From: a bacterium
Lineage (GTDB): Bacteria; UBA8248
DNA length: 64,000 nucleotides
Direction: 5' to 3'
NCBI GenBank assembly: GCA_965199855.1
Contig: OZ241326.1
Span: forward strand, 1,824,001 to 1,888,000
Shown: one piece after another, positions 1 through 10,660 of the stretch
Layout: every line of letters begins with the position of its first letter
How positions within the stretch are numbered: position 1 is the first letter of the stretch
The notes under the pieces: generated by a model
What the model was told of the DNA's origin: nothing
Databases searched by the model: none
Seen by the model: only the letters and a program-made list of their open reading frames with translations
Program-made: the position numbers and the translations under genes

Positions 1-1742
1 CCGTCGGGAAGGCGGAGGAAGAAAGCGTCCACCCCCGCGGCGTCGGGCAGGAGCAGCGTCGCGCGCCCGGGGCGAGAGGCTCGCTCGCCTGCGCCCGGAA
101 GCAGGAGAAAGAGCGTCAGGCAGCACAAGCCCGCCCGGGAGATTCCGCGCCACCGCGCGCGCCTTGAGCGCAGGGCGAAAGCGAGGAGAGAGAAGATGGC
201 GGCGATGAGCCAGACGTTCGGCTTGGGCGCGATGAGCGCGGCCCATGGAATTCTGGCGGAATGGGTCGATACGAGAATCAGGAATTGCGCGAGGGCGCCG
301 GTGAGCCAGGTGAGGGGCGTCAGGAGAGCGTCCCAGCCCGCGGGGAGGACGGCGGCGGCCGCGCTCGCCGCGAAGGCGAGGGGCACGAGCAGCGACGCGG
401 CGGGTATGAGGAGAAAATTCACGAGCAGGCCGATGGGGTGCGCCTCCTGGAAGTGAAGCGCCGTCAGCGGGGTGACCGCGGCCGTGACGACCAGCTGGAT
501 GACGGCGAGCTGGCGCGCCCGCGCGGCCCAGCGCTTTTTCTCCCAGAACCGCCAGCGCGGGTCCGGCCGCGGGAGCCTTTCCGCCGCGAGGACGATGGCG
601 CTCACCGCCACGAAGGAGAGCTGAAACCCCGCGTCCCAGATGAAGCCGGGCTCGACCAGCAGGATGAGCAGGGCGGCGAGCGTGACGGAGTGAAGCGCCG
701 TCTTCGGACGCTCCAGGAAGCGGGTGAGGAGGTAGGCGACGATCATGATCGCGGCGCGCACGGTGGAGATGCGCGCCCCGCTCAGCAGCGTGAAGAGAAT
801 CACGAGGGGGATGACGCCGAGCGAGGCGAGCTTCGAGGGCGTGAGCGGAATCGGGTCGAGGGGAAACAGCCGGGGCGGAAGCCGGCGGAGAAGCCCCCGC
901 AGGGAGAAGAAGAAAAAGGCGGCGATGAAGCCCACGTGCAACCCGCTGATGGCGAGCAGATGGGCCGCGCCCGACCTTCGGAAGGCGTCCCTGATCTCGC
1001 GGTCGAGATCGCCGCGCGGCCCGATGGTCATCGCCTCGATGAGGCCCGCCGCACCCCCGGAATAGGCGGCGTGGATATGGGCGCTCATGTTCTCGCGGAA
1101 TCGGAACAGGCGCCGCCGCCATCCCCGCTCTTCGCCGGCCTCGAGCAGGTGGAGATTCCTGATCGAGCTGTAGCCCACGGCGTGGACGCCCCGGAGGCGC
1201 AGAAACTCCCGGTAGTCGAACGCGCCCGGGTTCTTGAAGCGCGAGGGAGGCTTGAGCCGCGCGCGCCGGATGAGGAGCCGATCCCCCACGCGGGGGATTT
1301 CCTTCAGTCGGGAGGCGAGCGTGACGCGCGCGACGCCCGTCATGGGAACCTCCACGCCCCGGATGAGGGCGCGCTCCACCTCCAGATAGACGCGCGGCCT
1401 GCGCGACGCGCCTCCCGTTCGCTCCACGGGCCGGGAGAGGCGGCCGGTGACGTTCATTCGTCCGTAAGGAACGTGGCGGAGCAGATGGTGCGCCGGCGTC
1501 CGGTGGCGATGCAGGGCGGGGACGGCGAAGGAGGCGATGAGGCCGGCGAGGAGGAGGAGCGCGGCGGCGGCGATCCGGGTTTCGCCCCGAGTCCGGCGGC
1601 CCAAGGCGATGAAAACGGCGAAGGGCAGCGCGAGGGCGGCGGCGATGAGGGAGACCGCGCCCGCCTCCGCGGGGGCGAAGGAGGCGCCGCCCGCCAGCAG
1701 TCCCGCTATGTAGCCGATCGCCAGCAGATGCAGGGGATGCAC
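1..1742 (-). CDS. comEC: ComEC/Rec2 DNA-uptake competence protein (3' end runs off the window)
   Basis: Not in ORF track; manual minus-strand translation from GTG at 1742 (GGAGAG upstream) gives hydrophobic N-terminus, FKNPGAFDYREFL and the Competence-domain signature RSGAAHLLAISGLHVGF, followed by multiple TM segments. Confidence 0.9.
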   Translation of the reverse strand, partial: MHPLHLLAIGYIAGLLAGGASFAPAEAGAVSLIAAALALPFAVFIALGRRTRGETRIAAAALLLLAGLIASFAVPALHRHRTPAHHLLRHVPYGRMNVTGRLSRPVERTGGASRRPRVYLEVERALIRGVEVPMTGVARVTLASRLKEIPRVGDRLLIRRARLKPPSRFKNPGAFDYREFLRLRGVHAVGYSSIRNLHLLEAGEERGWRRRLFRFRENMSAHIHAAYSGGAAGLIEAMTIGPRGDLDREIRDAFRRSGAAHLLAISGLHVGFIAAFFFFSLRGLLRRLPPRLFPLDPIPLTPSKLASLGVIPLVILFTLLSGARISTVRAAIMIVAYLLTRFLERPKTALHSVTLAALLILLVEPGFIWDAGFQLSFVAVSAIVLAAERLPRPDPRWRFWEKKRWAARARQLAVIQLVVTAAVTPLTALHFQEAHPIGLLVNFLLIPAASLLVPLAFAASAAAAVLPAGWDALLTPLTWLTGALAQFLILVSTHSARIPWAALIAPKPNVWLIAAIFSLLAFALRSRRARWRGISRAGLCCLTLFLLLPGAGERASRPGRATLLLPDAAGVDAFFLRLPD

Positions 1743-1873
1743 GATCTCTCCATGCGAGGGATATGAGGCTATCCTAACCCGAAGCGCGCCGGACGCTCAC
1801 GCCCGATCCCTCTCCTCGCCGGGTTTCGTGGTAGGCTTCGCCGGGGATTTTCCGGGAAAATTTCGGGACGGGC

Positions 1874-2896
1874 GTGAAGGTGCGCGAGCGACTGCTCGGG
1901 AATACGGGTCTGTCGGTGTCCGAGATAGGCTTCGGCACGGGCGGAATCAGCCGCTTGATGGCGGGCGACGACCGGGACGCGCAGCTTCGCGCGGTTCGGG
2001 GCGCGCTGGACGGAGGCGTGAATTTCTTCGACACGGCGATGGGCTACGGAAACGGGAAGTCGGAGGCGAACCTGGGCGCGGCGCTGAGGCGGCTGGGCGC
2101 GGACGTGACCGTGGCCACGAAAATTCGCCTCACCGCCGAAGAGCGCGAGGCGCCCCGGGAGGCGGTCGTCGCCTCTGTGGAGAAGAGCCTGGAGCGGCTG
2201 GGCCGAGGCCGCGTCGATTTGATTCAGATTCACAACTACGTGGCTCCCGGCAGGGACTGGCAGGCGGGCGTCGCGCTGGTGCCCTCCGACGTTTTTCGCA
2301 AGGGCGGCGTCCTGGACGGCTTCGAGAAATTGCGCGGGCGCGGGCTCGCGCGCTTCTTCGGGTTCACGGGCATCGGGCATCCCGCCGCGCTGGCCGAGTT
2401 GATCGACAGCGGCCGGTTTCACGCGGCGCAGGCGTATTTCAATCTGCTCAACCCGAGCGCGGCGTATCCGGTTCCGGAGGGCTTCGGCGCGCTCGACTAC
2501 GAGTTGCTGCTCGGGCGCGCGGCGGAGAAGGGCATGGGGGTGCTGGCGATTCGCGTCCTCGCCCTGGGCGCGCTCACGTCGAGGCCCAACCTGCTGGGAT
2601 TTCTGGAGGAATCCCCGCCGGTTCTCTCGCCCGGCTCCGAATACGAGAAGGACGCGGCGCGCGCGGAGAAGCTGGGCTTTCTCGTTCGGGAAGGGCGTAC
2701 CCTGGCGCAGGCCGCGCTTCGGTTCGTTCTGGGGCGCGAGGAGGTCTCCTGCGCGCTCATCGGCTTTTCGGGCGAGGAGCAGCTGGGCGAGGCGCTTTCC
2801 TGCGCCGACGCCCCGCCCCTTTCCGCGGACGAGACGCGGAAACTCGAAGCCGTCTGGGAAAGCGATTTCGGGCGGGCGGAGAGCGGCCGGCGCTGA
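1874..2896 (+). CDS. Aldo/keto reductase family oxidoreductase
   Basis: LGNTGLSVSEIGFG, FFDTAMGYG (D/Y), ATK (K), SLERLG..VDLIQIH (H), TLAQAALRF: AKR fold motifs; substrate unknown. Confidence 0.9.
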   Translation: MKVRERLLGNTGLSVSEIGFGTGGISRLMAGDDRDAQLRAVRGALDGGVNFFDTAMGYGNGKSEANLGAALRRLGADVTVATKIRLTAEEREAPREAVVASVEKSLERLGRGRVDLIQIHNYVAPGRDWQAGVALVPSDVFRKGGVLDGFEKLRGRGLARFFGFTGIGHPAALAELIDSGRFHAAQAYFNLLNPSAAYPVPEGFGALDYELLLGRAAEKGMGVLAIRVLALGALTSRPNLLGFLEESPPVLSPGSEYEKDAARAEKLGFLVREGRTLAQAALRFVLGREEVSCALIGFSGEEQLGEALSCADAPPLSADETRKLEAVWESDFGRAESGRR

Positions 2897-2900
2897 ATTC

Positions 2901-4148
2901 ATGAACGCATCCCCCAAAGCGGGCGTCAGCCAGGCCGCCCTGTGGACGCTGAGCTTCTCCCTGCTGCCCATCATGCTCGTCTACGCCAACTACCCGACCG
3001 CCCTCCCGGTTCTCAAGGCGGAATGGTCGCTCGCCAACGCGGACGCGGGCTTCATCTACTTCGCGTTCTACGCGGGCTACGTGGTCGCCTCCGCCGTGCT
3101 CACCGGGGCGACGGACTATTTCAGCGCGCGGACCATCTATCTCTTCTCGGCCGCCTGGCTCGGCCTCACGAACCTGATGTTCCCCTTTCTCGCCGAGGGC
3201 CTCTGGACGGCCGCCCTGCTTCGATGCGCCTGCGGGGTGGGGCTTGCGGGCGTGTTCGGGCCGGGGCTGCGCATCGTGGCCGAGCGCGCTCCGCCTGAAA
3301 GAAGGGCGAAGATGGTGTCGGGCTTCGCCTTTTTCTTCACCTTCGGCGTAGCGGCCTCGATGTTCATGACGGGCTGGCTGCTCCCCGATTTCGGCTGGCG
3401 CTTCACGTTCGCCGCAGGCTCGCTGGGGCCGGTCGTCGGCGTGCTCATGGTGCTGATCTGGGTGCCCGACCCCGGAAAGGAGGAGCCGGGAGAGAAGGAG
3501 AAATTCGCGTTTCCCCGCCTGCCGCTCAGATGCTGGGTGCTCATCGGCTCCTACGTCATGCACCGCTGGGAGGTGTTCGCCTTCAGGGGCTGGGGGGTCA
3601 CGTTCCTGGCGTCCGCCTTCCTGGCGCGCGGCATGTCGAGGCCGAGCGCCGTGGACAACGCCGCGACCGCCCTTGCCCTGATGATAGCCATCTCCGCGTT
3701 CTCGAATTTCCTCGGCGCGTGGTGCGCCGACCGGTTCGGGCGGCTGCCGAGCATCGGGGGCAGCCTGTTCCTGAGCGGGGCGATGGCGTTCGGCATGGGC
3801 TTTCTGTTCGACGCGCCCGCGCCGCTTCTGCTCGCCGCCGCGCTGCTCTGGGCGGTGACGATGGCCGCCGACGCCTCCGTTTTCCTGGTCGTGATGAGCG
3901 AAGTCTCGCCCAGGCGCCACCTGGGCACGGCGCTGGGCTGCCTCGCCGGCTTCGGCTTCCTGTTCGGCGCGCTCTCCTCCGTCGAGGTGGGCTACATTCT
4001 GGACGTCGCCAACCCCGGCTCCCGGGGCGAGGCGCTGCCGCGCGAGTGGCGGGCGGCCTGGGCCTCGGTGGGCGCGGCCGTCTGGCTCGGCGTGGGAGGA
4101 ATCCTCTGGCTTTCCCGCATCACCAGAAGGCGGGCGCGGGACGCTTGA
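2901..4148 (+). CDS. MFS transporter
   Basis: 415 aa, about 12 hydrophobic segments, motif-A-like GATDYFSAR and GAWCADRFGR; 4 nt after the AKR gene. Confidence 0.85.
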   Translation: MNASPKAGVSQAALWTLSFSLLPIMLVYANYPTALPVLKAEWSLANADAGFIYFAFYAGYVVASAVLTGATDYFSARTIYLFSAAWLGLTNLMFPFLAEGLWTAALLRCACGVGLAGVFGPGLRIVAERAPPERRAKMVSGFAFFFTFGVAASMFMTGWLLPDFGWRFTFAAGSLGPVVGVLMVLIWVPDPGKEEPGEKEKFAFPRLPLRCWVLIGSYVMHRWEVFAFRGWGVTFLASAFLARGMSRPSAVDNAATALALMIAISAFSNFLGAWCADRFGRLPSIGGSLFLSGAMAFGMGFLFDAPAPLLLAAALLWAVTMAADASVFLVVMSEVSPRRHLGTALGCLAGFGFLFGALSSVEVGYILDVANPGSRGEALPREWRAAWASVGAAVWLGVGGILWLSRITRRRARDA

Positions 4149-4228
4149 ATTTCCGACGCCGGGCCGATACGCTCCCGCGCCAGTGGCGAAGGTTCGCAAG
4201 CCGGAGCGCCGATGAGGGATGGGGGATA

Positions 4229-6013
4229 TTGAGCGAGCTTCTGGAGAAGGGGAGAACCCACGACTGCGGCGCGCTTCGCGCCTCCGACGTCGGAAGCGAG
4301 GTCGTCCTGATGGGCTGGGCGGGGACGACGCGGGATCACGGCGGTCTGATTTTCATCGATCTGCGGGATCGCTTCGGCGTGACCCAGACGGCGGCCGACC
4401 CCTCGTATGACGAGGCGGCCCACGCCCTGGCCGAGCGGGTGCGCGCCGAATGGGTGATCGCCGTTCAGGGGGTGGTCATCCAGCGTCCCGAGGGGATGGC
4501 GAACCCGAACCTCGCCACCGGCGAGATCGAGGTGCGGGTGACGCGGCTGGAGATTCTGAGCGAGGCGCGAACGCCCCCGTTCGAGATAGAGGACGACTCC
4601 GACGCCGGCGAGGCGCTGCGCCTTCAATACCGCTACCTCGACATGCGGCGTCCCTCCCTCCAGCGAAATTTCATCAAACGCCACCAGGCCACCCAGGTGA
4701 TTCGCAATTTTTTGACGGAAAACGGCTTCGTGGACGTCGAAACCCCGCTTCTCACGAGGAGCACGCCCGAGGGGGCGCGGGACTATCTGGTGCCGAGCCG
4801 GCTCGCGCGCGGCCAGTTCTTCGCGCTTCCGCAGAGCCCGCAGATGTTCAAGCAGATTCTCATGGTGGCGGGCTTCGACCGCTACTACCAGATCGTCAAA
4901 TGCTTTCGGGACGAGGATTTGCGCGCCGACAGACAGCCCGAGTTCACGCAAATCGACGTCGAGTGCTCCTTCCTGAACCAGGACGCCTTCTTCGGCCTCA
5001 TGGAGAGGCTGGTCGCCAGGATATGGAAGGAGGTGGGCGGGGTCGAAATCGGGACGCCCTTCGAGCGGATTCCCTACGCCGAGGCGATTGCGCAATACGG
5101 AACCGACAGGCCGGACAGGCGCTACGGCATGAAGCTCGCGGCGTTCACCGACGTGGCGCGGGCGAGCGAGTTCCGGGTGTTCCGGACGGCGGTGGAAAAG
5201 GGGGGCGCGGCGCGCGCCATGGCGGGGCCGGGCATGGCGTCCGCCTCGCGGAAGGAGATAGACGACATCATCGCGCGCGCGCGGGAGCTGGGCGCGGGCG
5301 GCCTCGCCTGGGCGAAGCGGACGGAAGGCGGGTATGAGTCGAACATCACCAAGTTTTTCGCCGAAGGCCAGCTGGAGGAGATCGGCGCGCGAGCCGGCGC
5401 GGAGGTCGGCGACTTGCTGATGATGGTGGCCGACGCCCCCGCCGTGAGCGCGTCGGTTCTCGGCCATCTGCGCGAGGAGATCGGCGCGCGCCTGGGCCTC
5501 GCCTCCGCGGAGGACGGGAAGTTCGATTTTTGCTGGGTCGTGGATTTTCCGCTCCTCGAATACGACGAGGAGGAGGGGAGGTTTCACGCGCTTCATCACC
5601 CCTTCACGGCGCCCGCGCCCGAGGACGTTCCGCTCTTCGATTCCGACCCGGGCGCCATCCGCTCCCAGGCCTACGACATGGTGGTGAACGGGCATGAAAT
5701 CGGGGGCGGCAGCCGGCGCATCCATCGGCGCGAGGTGCAGCAAAAAATGTTCGCCGCCCTGGACATGGACGAGGAGGAGGCGCGGCGCCGCTTCGGCTTC
5801 TTCCTGGAGGCGCTCGAGTTCGGCGCGCCGCCGCACGGCGGAATCGCCTTCGGGCTGGATCGCATCATGATGCTCCTGACGGGCGCGCCCTCCATCCGCG
5901 ACGTCATCGCCTTTCCCAAAACGCAGAAGGCCACCTGCCTGATGACCGGCGCGCCCGCCGCGGTCGAGCATCTCCAGCTCCGGGAGCTGGGCATCGACGG
6001 GACGCTCCGGTAG
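4229..6013 (+). CDS. aspS: Aspartate--tRNA ligase, probably non-discriminating (Asp/Asn)
   Basis: RDHGGLIFIDLRD, STPEGARDY, LPQSPQ, CFRDEDLRADRQPEFTQID, GAPPHGGIAFGLDR; start reassigned to TTG 4229 (track ORF starts inside the MFS gene); His in RDHGG is typical of non-discriminating enzymes. Confidence 0.96.
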   Translation: MSELLEKGRTHDCGALRASDVGSEVVLMGWAGTTRDHGGLIFIDLRDRFGVTQTAADPSYDEAAHALAERVRAEWVIAVQGVVIQRPEGMANPNLATGEIEVRVTRLEILSEARTPPFEIEDDSDAGEALRLQYRYLDMRRPSLQRNFIKRHQATQVIRNFLTENGFVDVETPLLTRSTPEGARDYLVPSRLARGQFFALPQSPQMFKQILMVAGFDRYYQIVKCFRDEDLRADRQPEFTQIDVECSFLNQDAFFGLMERLVARIWKEVGGVEIGTPFERIPYAEAIAQYGTDRPDRRYGMKLAAFTDVARASEFRVFRTAVEKGGAARAMAGPGMASASRKEIDDIIARARELGAGGLAWAKRTEGGYESNITKFFAEGQLEEIGARAGAEVGDLLMMVADAPAVSASVLGHLREEIGARLGLASAEDGKFDFCWVVDFPLLEYDEEEGRFHALHHPFTAPAPEDVPLFDSDPGAIRSQAYDMVVNGHEIGGGSRRIHRREVQQKMFAALDMDEEEARRRFGFFLEALEFGAPPHGGIAFGLDRIMMLLTGAPSIRDVIAFPKTQKATCLMTGAPAAVEHLQLRELGIDGTLR

Positions 6014-6022
6014 GGCGGCCGG

Positions 6023-7018
6023 GTGTCCGCGCGAAAGAGGGCGTCCGGAAAGCGCGGCGGCGTGCGAGAGATCGATCTCGATAGAATTCTGAAAAGTTCG
6101 GCGAGGGACGTTGCGGCGCCCGAGGGGTTCCGCTCGGGGTTCGTCGCCATCATCGGGCGGCCGAACGTCGGAAAATCCACCCTGCTCAACCGCATTCTCG
6201 GCGAGAAGCTCGCCATCGTCACCCGAAAGCCCGGAACCACGCGGCGCAGGCTTCTCGGCGTGCTGAACGCGGAGGGGGCGCAGGCGGCTTTCTTCGACAC
6301 GCCGGGGCTCGAGCGTCCCGCCTCGAAGCTCGGACGCTTTCTGCTCGAGGAGGTGAAGGCGGCGTGTTCGGGGGCCGACCTGGCTCTGTTCCTGACGGAC
6401 GACGCGGAGGGCGAGGCGGACGAGAGCGCGCTCGCGCTGCTCGAGGGCGCGAGGACGCCCGCGCTTCTCGTCATCAACAAGGTGGACCTGATGAAGGACA
6501 AGGCGAAGCTGCTGCCCGTTCTGGCGAAATGCGCGGCGGCCGATGGCTTCAGGGGCGCGTTTCCCGTCTCGGCGCTCAAGGGAGACAACGTGGCGGCTCT
6601 GGTTGAGGAGATCATCCGGACGCTGCCCGAAGGCCCGATGTATTTTTCGCCGGATATGACGACGGACGCGAGCGAGGCCGTGCTCGTGGAGGAATTCGTT
6701 CGGGAGCAGGCGTATCGGCAGCTCCACAGAGAGATTCCCTACGCCGTGGCCGTGAAGGTGCGGGAGATGGAGCGCGCCGAAGGCTCGGGCCTTTTGCGGA
6801 TCGAGGCGGAAATCTGCGTCGAGCGAAAGAGCCAGCGGGGGATCCTGGTGGGGAAGGGAGGCGGACGGATCAAGAGAATCGGGGCGGCTTCGAGAAAAGA
6901 GATTGAGCGGCGTCTGGGCGAGCGGATATATCTGGGACTGGAAGTCCGCCTGAGGCCCAACTGGCGGCAAAAGGACGCCGCGCTCAGGGAACTCGGGTAT
7001 GAGAACGCGCGGGGCTAG
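6023..7018 (+). CDS. era: GTPase Era
   Basis: [32 protein letters not shown] and KH motif GILVGKGG; true start may be GTG 6062. Confidence 0.95.
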   Translation: MSARKRASGKRGGVREIDLDRILKSSARDVAAPEGFRSGFVAIIGRPNVGKSTLLNRILGEKLAIVTRKPGTTRRRLLGVLNAEGAQAAFFDTPGLERPASKLGRFLLEEVKAACSGADLALFLTDDAEGEADESALALLEGARTPALLVINKVDLMKDKAKLLPVLAKCAAADGFRGAFPVSALKGDNVAALVEEIIRTLPEGPMYFSPDMTTDASEAVLVEEFVREQAYRQLHREIPYAVAVKVREMERAEGSGLLRIEAEICVERKSQRGILVGKGGGRIKRIGAASRKEIERRLGERIYLGLEVRLRPNWRQKDAALRELGYENARG

Positions 7019-7203
7019 CGGTTCTGGGCGCGCATCCGCTTCTTGTGCGCGGCGAGTATCTTTCTTTTGCGCTTCACGCTGGGCTTCTCGTAATACTCGC
7101 GCTTTTTGATCTCGGTGAGGATGCCCGATTTCTCGCACTGCTTCTTGAACTGCTTGAGCGCCTTGTCGATGGGCTCTCCCTCGTGTACTTTCACTCCTGG
7201 CAT
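7015..7203 (-). CDS. rpsU: 30S ribosomal protein S21
   Basis: [48 protein letters not shown]; ATG at 7203 with GGGAGGA upstream. Confidence 0.96.
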   Translation of the reverse strand: MPGVKVHEGEPIDKALKQFKKQCEKSGILTEIKKREYYEKPSVKRKRKILAAHKKRMRAQNR

Positions 7204-7265
7204 CTGGCTATGATTCCTCCCGTTTTGACGTTCCATAATGGAAAGCAACCCCTGCGAGAGAGCGA

Positions 7266-7294
7266 ACTATCGCCCGTTCAAGGATTTTCGTCAA
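7266..7294 (-). promoter_or_regulatory. Candidate sigma70 promoter for rpsU
   Basis: Minus strand TTGACG-N17-GATAGT. Confidence 0.4.
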
Positions 7295-7331
7295 GGCCGC
7301 GGCGAAAAATATCCGCCTGGGGGGCGTTTCC

Positions 7332-8084
7332 TTGGCCATTCTGACCGATGAGGCCATCGTTCTGGGCGCGCGTCCCTACTCCAACACGAGCCTGATAGCG
7401 ACGTTCTTGACGAAAGGCAGGGGAAAGGTGCGCCTGGTGGCCAAGGGCGCGCGCTCGGCGAAGTCCAGGCTGGGCGTGGGGCTCGAGCCGGCGAGCGAGA
7501 GCCACCTCGAATGGAGCCAGAGGAGCGGCTCCGGCCTGGGCGCGATGCGCAAATGCGAGACGACCCGCCTCTACCCGAGGCTCTGGGAGGATTACGGGGC
7601 CATGCGGACGGCGCTTCGCCTCTTGCGGACGCTCGACGCGGTTCTGGACGTCGGCGAGGGAGACGCCGGGCACCATCTGCTGCTCAGGTCCGCGCTGGAG
7701 ACGCTGGAGACGGGCGCGGGCGCGGCCAGCATGGAGGGCGTCTTTCTCCTCATGCTGCTCAAGACGGCGGGGCTGCGCCCGAGCCTCGACTACTGCGCCG
7801 CGTGCGCGAAGAAGCCGGGGAGCGAGGCGGCGCGCCTCGACATCGAGACGGGCGAATTGCGTTGCGCGAGGTGCCCGCGGCCGCCCGCGCGGGAGGCGCG
7901 CCTGCGCGCCGGCTCCATCGCCGCCATGCGGGAGGTTCTTCGCCTGACGCCCGAGCGGTGTTTTTCCATTCAGTTCGCCTCGCCCCTGCGGGCCGAGATT
8001 CTCGGGTGCGCGGAGGCGTTCTGGCGCCATCACGGCGGAAGGCCCCTGCCCGGACGCTCGCGCCGCGCTCCCGCCTCGCGTTGA
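7332..8084 (+). CDS. recO: DNA repair protein RecO
   Basis: DEAIVL..RPYSNTSLIATFLT..GKV.LVAKGARS.KSR N-terminal OB motif; CxxC...CxxC zinc finger (CAAC, CARC). Confidence 0.92.
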   Translation: MAILTDEAIVLGARPYSNTSLIATFLTKGRGKVRLVAKGARSAKSRLGVGLEPASESHLEWSQRSGSGLGAMRKCETTRLYPRLWEDYGAMRTALRLLRTLDAVLDVGEGDAGHHLLLRSALETLETGAGAASMEGVFLLMLLKTAGLRPSLDYCAACAKKPGSEAARLDIETGELRCARCPRPPAREARLRAGSIAAMREVLRLTPERCFSIQFASPLRAEILGCAEAFWRHHGGRPLPGRSRRAPASR

Positions 8085-8147
8085 CGCCATACCGGGAGGG
8101 GAGTATTTGTTCCCCGCGCCTGACGATTCGCCTTGCATGAGGTCCGC

Positions 8148-9827
8148 GTGCTGAAGAAGCTGATCGTTCCCATGGTCGAGAGCGCATTGGCGCGCGCGCG
8201 CGCGGCGGGCGACCTGGCTTCGGAGTCCGCCCCCTCCGTCGTCATCGAGACGCCGCCGGATGAGTCGTTCGGGGATTTCTCCTGCGGCGTCGCCATGACT
8301 CTGGCCAAGGCCGAGCGCAGACCGCCCCTGGCGATCGCGGAGCGAATCGTCCGGCATTTCGAGGCGCCGGAGGGTTTCTTGCGGAATATCCGGGTTGAAA
8401 AGCCCGGCTTCATCAATCTGTATCTTGACGGCGGCTACCTGCGCGGGAAGCTGGGAGAAATTCTCACCGCACCGGACGATTTTGGAAAAAACGACCAGGG
8501 AGCCGGGCAGTCCGTTCACCTGGAGTTCGTGAGCGCGAACCCCACGGGCCCGCTTCACGTCGGCCACGGGCGGGGCGCCGCGCTGGGCGACGTTCTGGGC
8601 CGCGTTCTGGAGGCGTCGGGCTTCCGCGTGCACAGGGAGTATTACGTCAACGACGCGGGCAGCCAGATGGAGACGCTGGCGAAATCGGCCTACGCGCGCT
8701 ACCTCTCGGACGTGAAGGGCGAGGCGGCGCCCTTCCCGGAGGAGGGCTACCGGGGCGAATACATCCGCGAGATTGTCCGATCCGCCGGGTTTCAGGAGCG
8801 CATCCGCCCGTTTCTCGACGAAGGGGAAGATGCGCTGATCGCCCAATCGGGCGTCGCCGCCAGGGATTTGATACTGGAGGACATCGAAAAGTCCCTCGCC
8901 GCGTTCAGGGCGCGCTTCGATGAATGGTTCAGCGAGGCTTCCCTGTTCGCAGAAGGCGAAAACCGGGTGGCGCGCGCAATCGCCGCGCTGGAGAAAAGCG
9001 GAAATCTTTACGGGAAGGACGGCGCCAGATGGCTCGCGACGAGCGCGCGCGGGGACGAGAAGGATCGCGTCGTCGTGCGCGAGGACGGCCGCCCGACCTA
9101 CCTCGCCTCGGACATCGCCTATCATCATCTCAAGTACGAGCGCGGCTTCGACCGCTATGTCAACATCTGGGGGGCGGATCATCACGGGTATCTGCCCCGG
9201 GTGCGCGCGGCGGTGGAAATGCTGGGACATGAGCCGGACAAGCTCAAGGTTCTTTTCGTTCAGTTCGTGAGCCTGCGGCGCGGCGGCGAAGTCGTTCAGA
9301 TGAGCACGCGCTCGGGCGAATTCGAGGAATTGTCCGCCGTGGTGGACGAGGTGGGCGTGGACGCGGCGCGCTTCTTCTTCCTGATGCGGAGCGCGGACGC
9401 CGCCCTCGAGTTCGATCTCGATCTGGCCAAGGAGCAGAGCAGCGAAAACCCGGTCTATTATATTCAATACGCCCACGCGCGCGCGCGCAGTCTTTTCCGG
9501 CAGGCGGCGGAGGCGGGCGAGCTGCCGGAGCGTCTTGCAGCGCCCCCGCCCGGAACGCTCGAACTGCCCGAGGAGCATCGCCTCATGCTGGCGCTCCTCG
9601 AGTGGCCCGCCGTGGTGCGAACCGCCGCCGAGAGGCTGGAGCCTCACCGCGTCGCCTTCGGCCTCCTGGCCCTCGCCAAGCGGTTTCATGGCTACTATAA
9701 TCGAAGCCGCATCCTGGGGCAGGGCGAGGAAACCACCCGTGCCCGCCTGTGCCTCGCCAAGTGCGCGCAGATCGTTCTGCGGAACGGCCTGAACCTGCTG
9801 GGAGTCTCCGCCCCCGAGAGGATGTAG
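8148..9827 (+). CDS. argS: Arginine--tRNA ligase
   Basis: EFVSANPTGPLHVGHGR, WGADHHGY, MSTRSG, NPVYYIQYAHAR, C-terminal APERM; start set at GTG 8148. Confidence 0.97.
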   Translation: MLKKLIVPMVESALARARAAGDLASESAPSVVIETPPDESFGDFSCGVAMTLAKAERRPPLAIAERIVRHFEAPEGFLRNIRVEKPGFINLYLDGGYLRGKLGEILTAPDDFGKNDQGAGQSVHLEFVSANPTGPLHVGHGRGAALGDVLGRVLEASGFRVHREYYVNDAGSQMETLAKSAYARYLSDVKGEAAPFPEEGYRGEYIREIVRSAGFQERIRPFLDEGEDALIAQSGVAARDLILEDIEKSLAAFRARFDEWFSEASLFAEGENRVARAIAALEKSGNLYGKDGARWLATSARGDEKDRVVVREDGRPTYLASDIAYHHLKYERGFDRYVNIWGADHHGYLPRVRAAVEMLGHEPDKLKVLFVQFVSLRRGGEVVQMSTRSGEFEELSAVVDEVGVDAARFFFLMRSADAALEFDLDLAKEQSSENPVYYIQYAHARARSLFRQAAEAGELPERLAAPPPGTLELPEEHRLMLALLEWPAVVRTAAERLEPHRVAFGLLALAKRFHGYYNRSRILGQGEETTRARLCLAKCAQIVLRNGLNLLGVSAPERM

Positions 9828-9860
9828 TCCCGCCCCCGCCCAAGGGAAACGGGAATCTCC

Positions 9861-10607
9861 ATGAAGTCCGCGCGCGAAGCATCGACGAAGCGCTACCAGA
9901 TCGCCTTCACGAAACTGCAGGCCGGCGTTTTCGCCGCCGCTCTCTTCGCTCTCATGGCCGTATTCTTCAGCCTCGGCTACCTCGTGGCCGGGCGAGGCGC
10001 GTCGAGCGAGGTGGCCGGGGGGGGAGTCGCCGTCTCGAAGGCGGAGAAGGGAGAAGGCGCGGAGGGCGGGGCGGTCGTCTCGCTGAGGGGCGCGCCGGAC
10101 AAGGAAGCGGCGGGCGGCCCCGCCGACCCCATCGAGCCGAAATTTTATCAGGAGCTGGTCAGGGAAGAGCCGGAAAACGGACGGCCCATCGAACCCATTG
10201 AACTGCCTTCGGCGCAGAAAACGCCGCCCGGACCGTCGTCTCCGCCGGCGGCGGTAGAGGAAGCCTCCCCCGGAAAAAAAGCGGCGCCGCCCGCCGGGAG
10301 GAAAAAACGCGGGGGCGCGCTTGCGGAGAAGCCGAAAAGGCTGGCGAAGGCGAAGCCGCGCGCGGCGGGAAGCGGGTACGCCATTCAGGTGGCCTCGGTC
10401 AGGAAGTTCGACGAGGCGCTTCGGATCGTCCGCAAGCTGAGGCGCGCGGGCTTTCGGGCCTACATCAGAAACGTGGACCTCGGCGCCAGAGGCAAGTGGC
10501 ACCGCGTCCGTGTGGGGCGCTACCGGGACAGGGCGGAGGCGCGAAAAGCGCTCTCCGTGATGAAGGGGAAGGCGCGCTTCCGGGGAGCAAGGGTTGTCCG
10601 AATGTAA
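9861..10607 (+). CDS. SPOR-domain bitopic membrane protein (FtsN/DedD-like)
   Basis: One N-terminal TM helix, Pro/Ala/Lys-rich linker, C-terminal YAIQVAS...WHRVRVGRY SPOR motif; follows argS as is common. Confidence 0.85.
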   Translation: MKSAREASTKRYQIAFTKLQAGVFAAALFALMAVFFSLGYLVAGRGASSEVAGGGVAVSKAEKGEGAEGGAVVSLRGAPDKEAAGGPADPIEPKFYQELVREEPENGRPIEPIELPSAQKTPPGPSSPPAAVEEASPGKKAAPPAGRKKRGGALAEKPKRLAKAKPRAAGSGYAIQVASVRKFDEALRIVRKLRRAGFRAYIRNVDLGARGKWHRVRVGRYRDRAEARKALSVMKGKARFRGARVVRM

Positions 10608-10660
10608 AATATGTTTGAATACAAATGTTTATGCTTTCATAGCTACAAACGGCTTGAAAC

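Noticed and set aside
261-1766. 501-aa + strand ORF at window start
   Set aside because: Antisense shadow of comEC, whose signature motifs are on the minus strand
3530-4228. Apparent N-terminal extension or fusion on AspS (827-aa track ORF)
   Set aside because: Out-of-frame overlap with the MFS gene; AspS homology begins near 4229. Same artefact affects track starts of hom, ribH, nusB, holA, lolA and lptA
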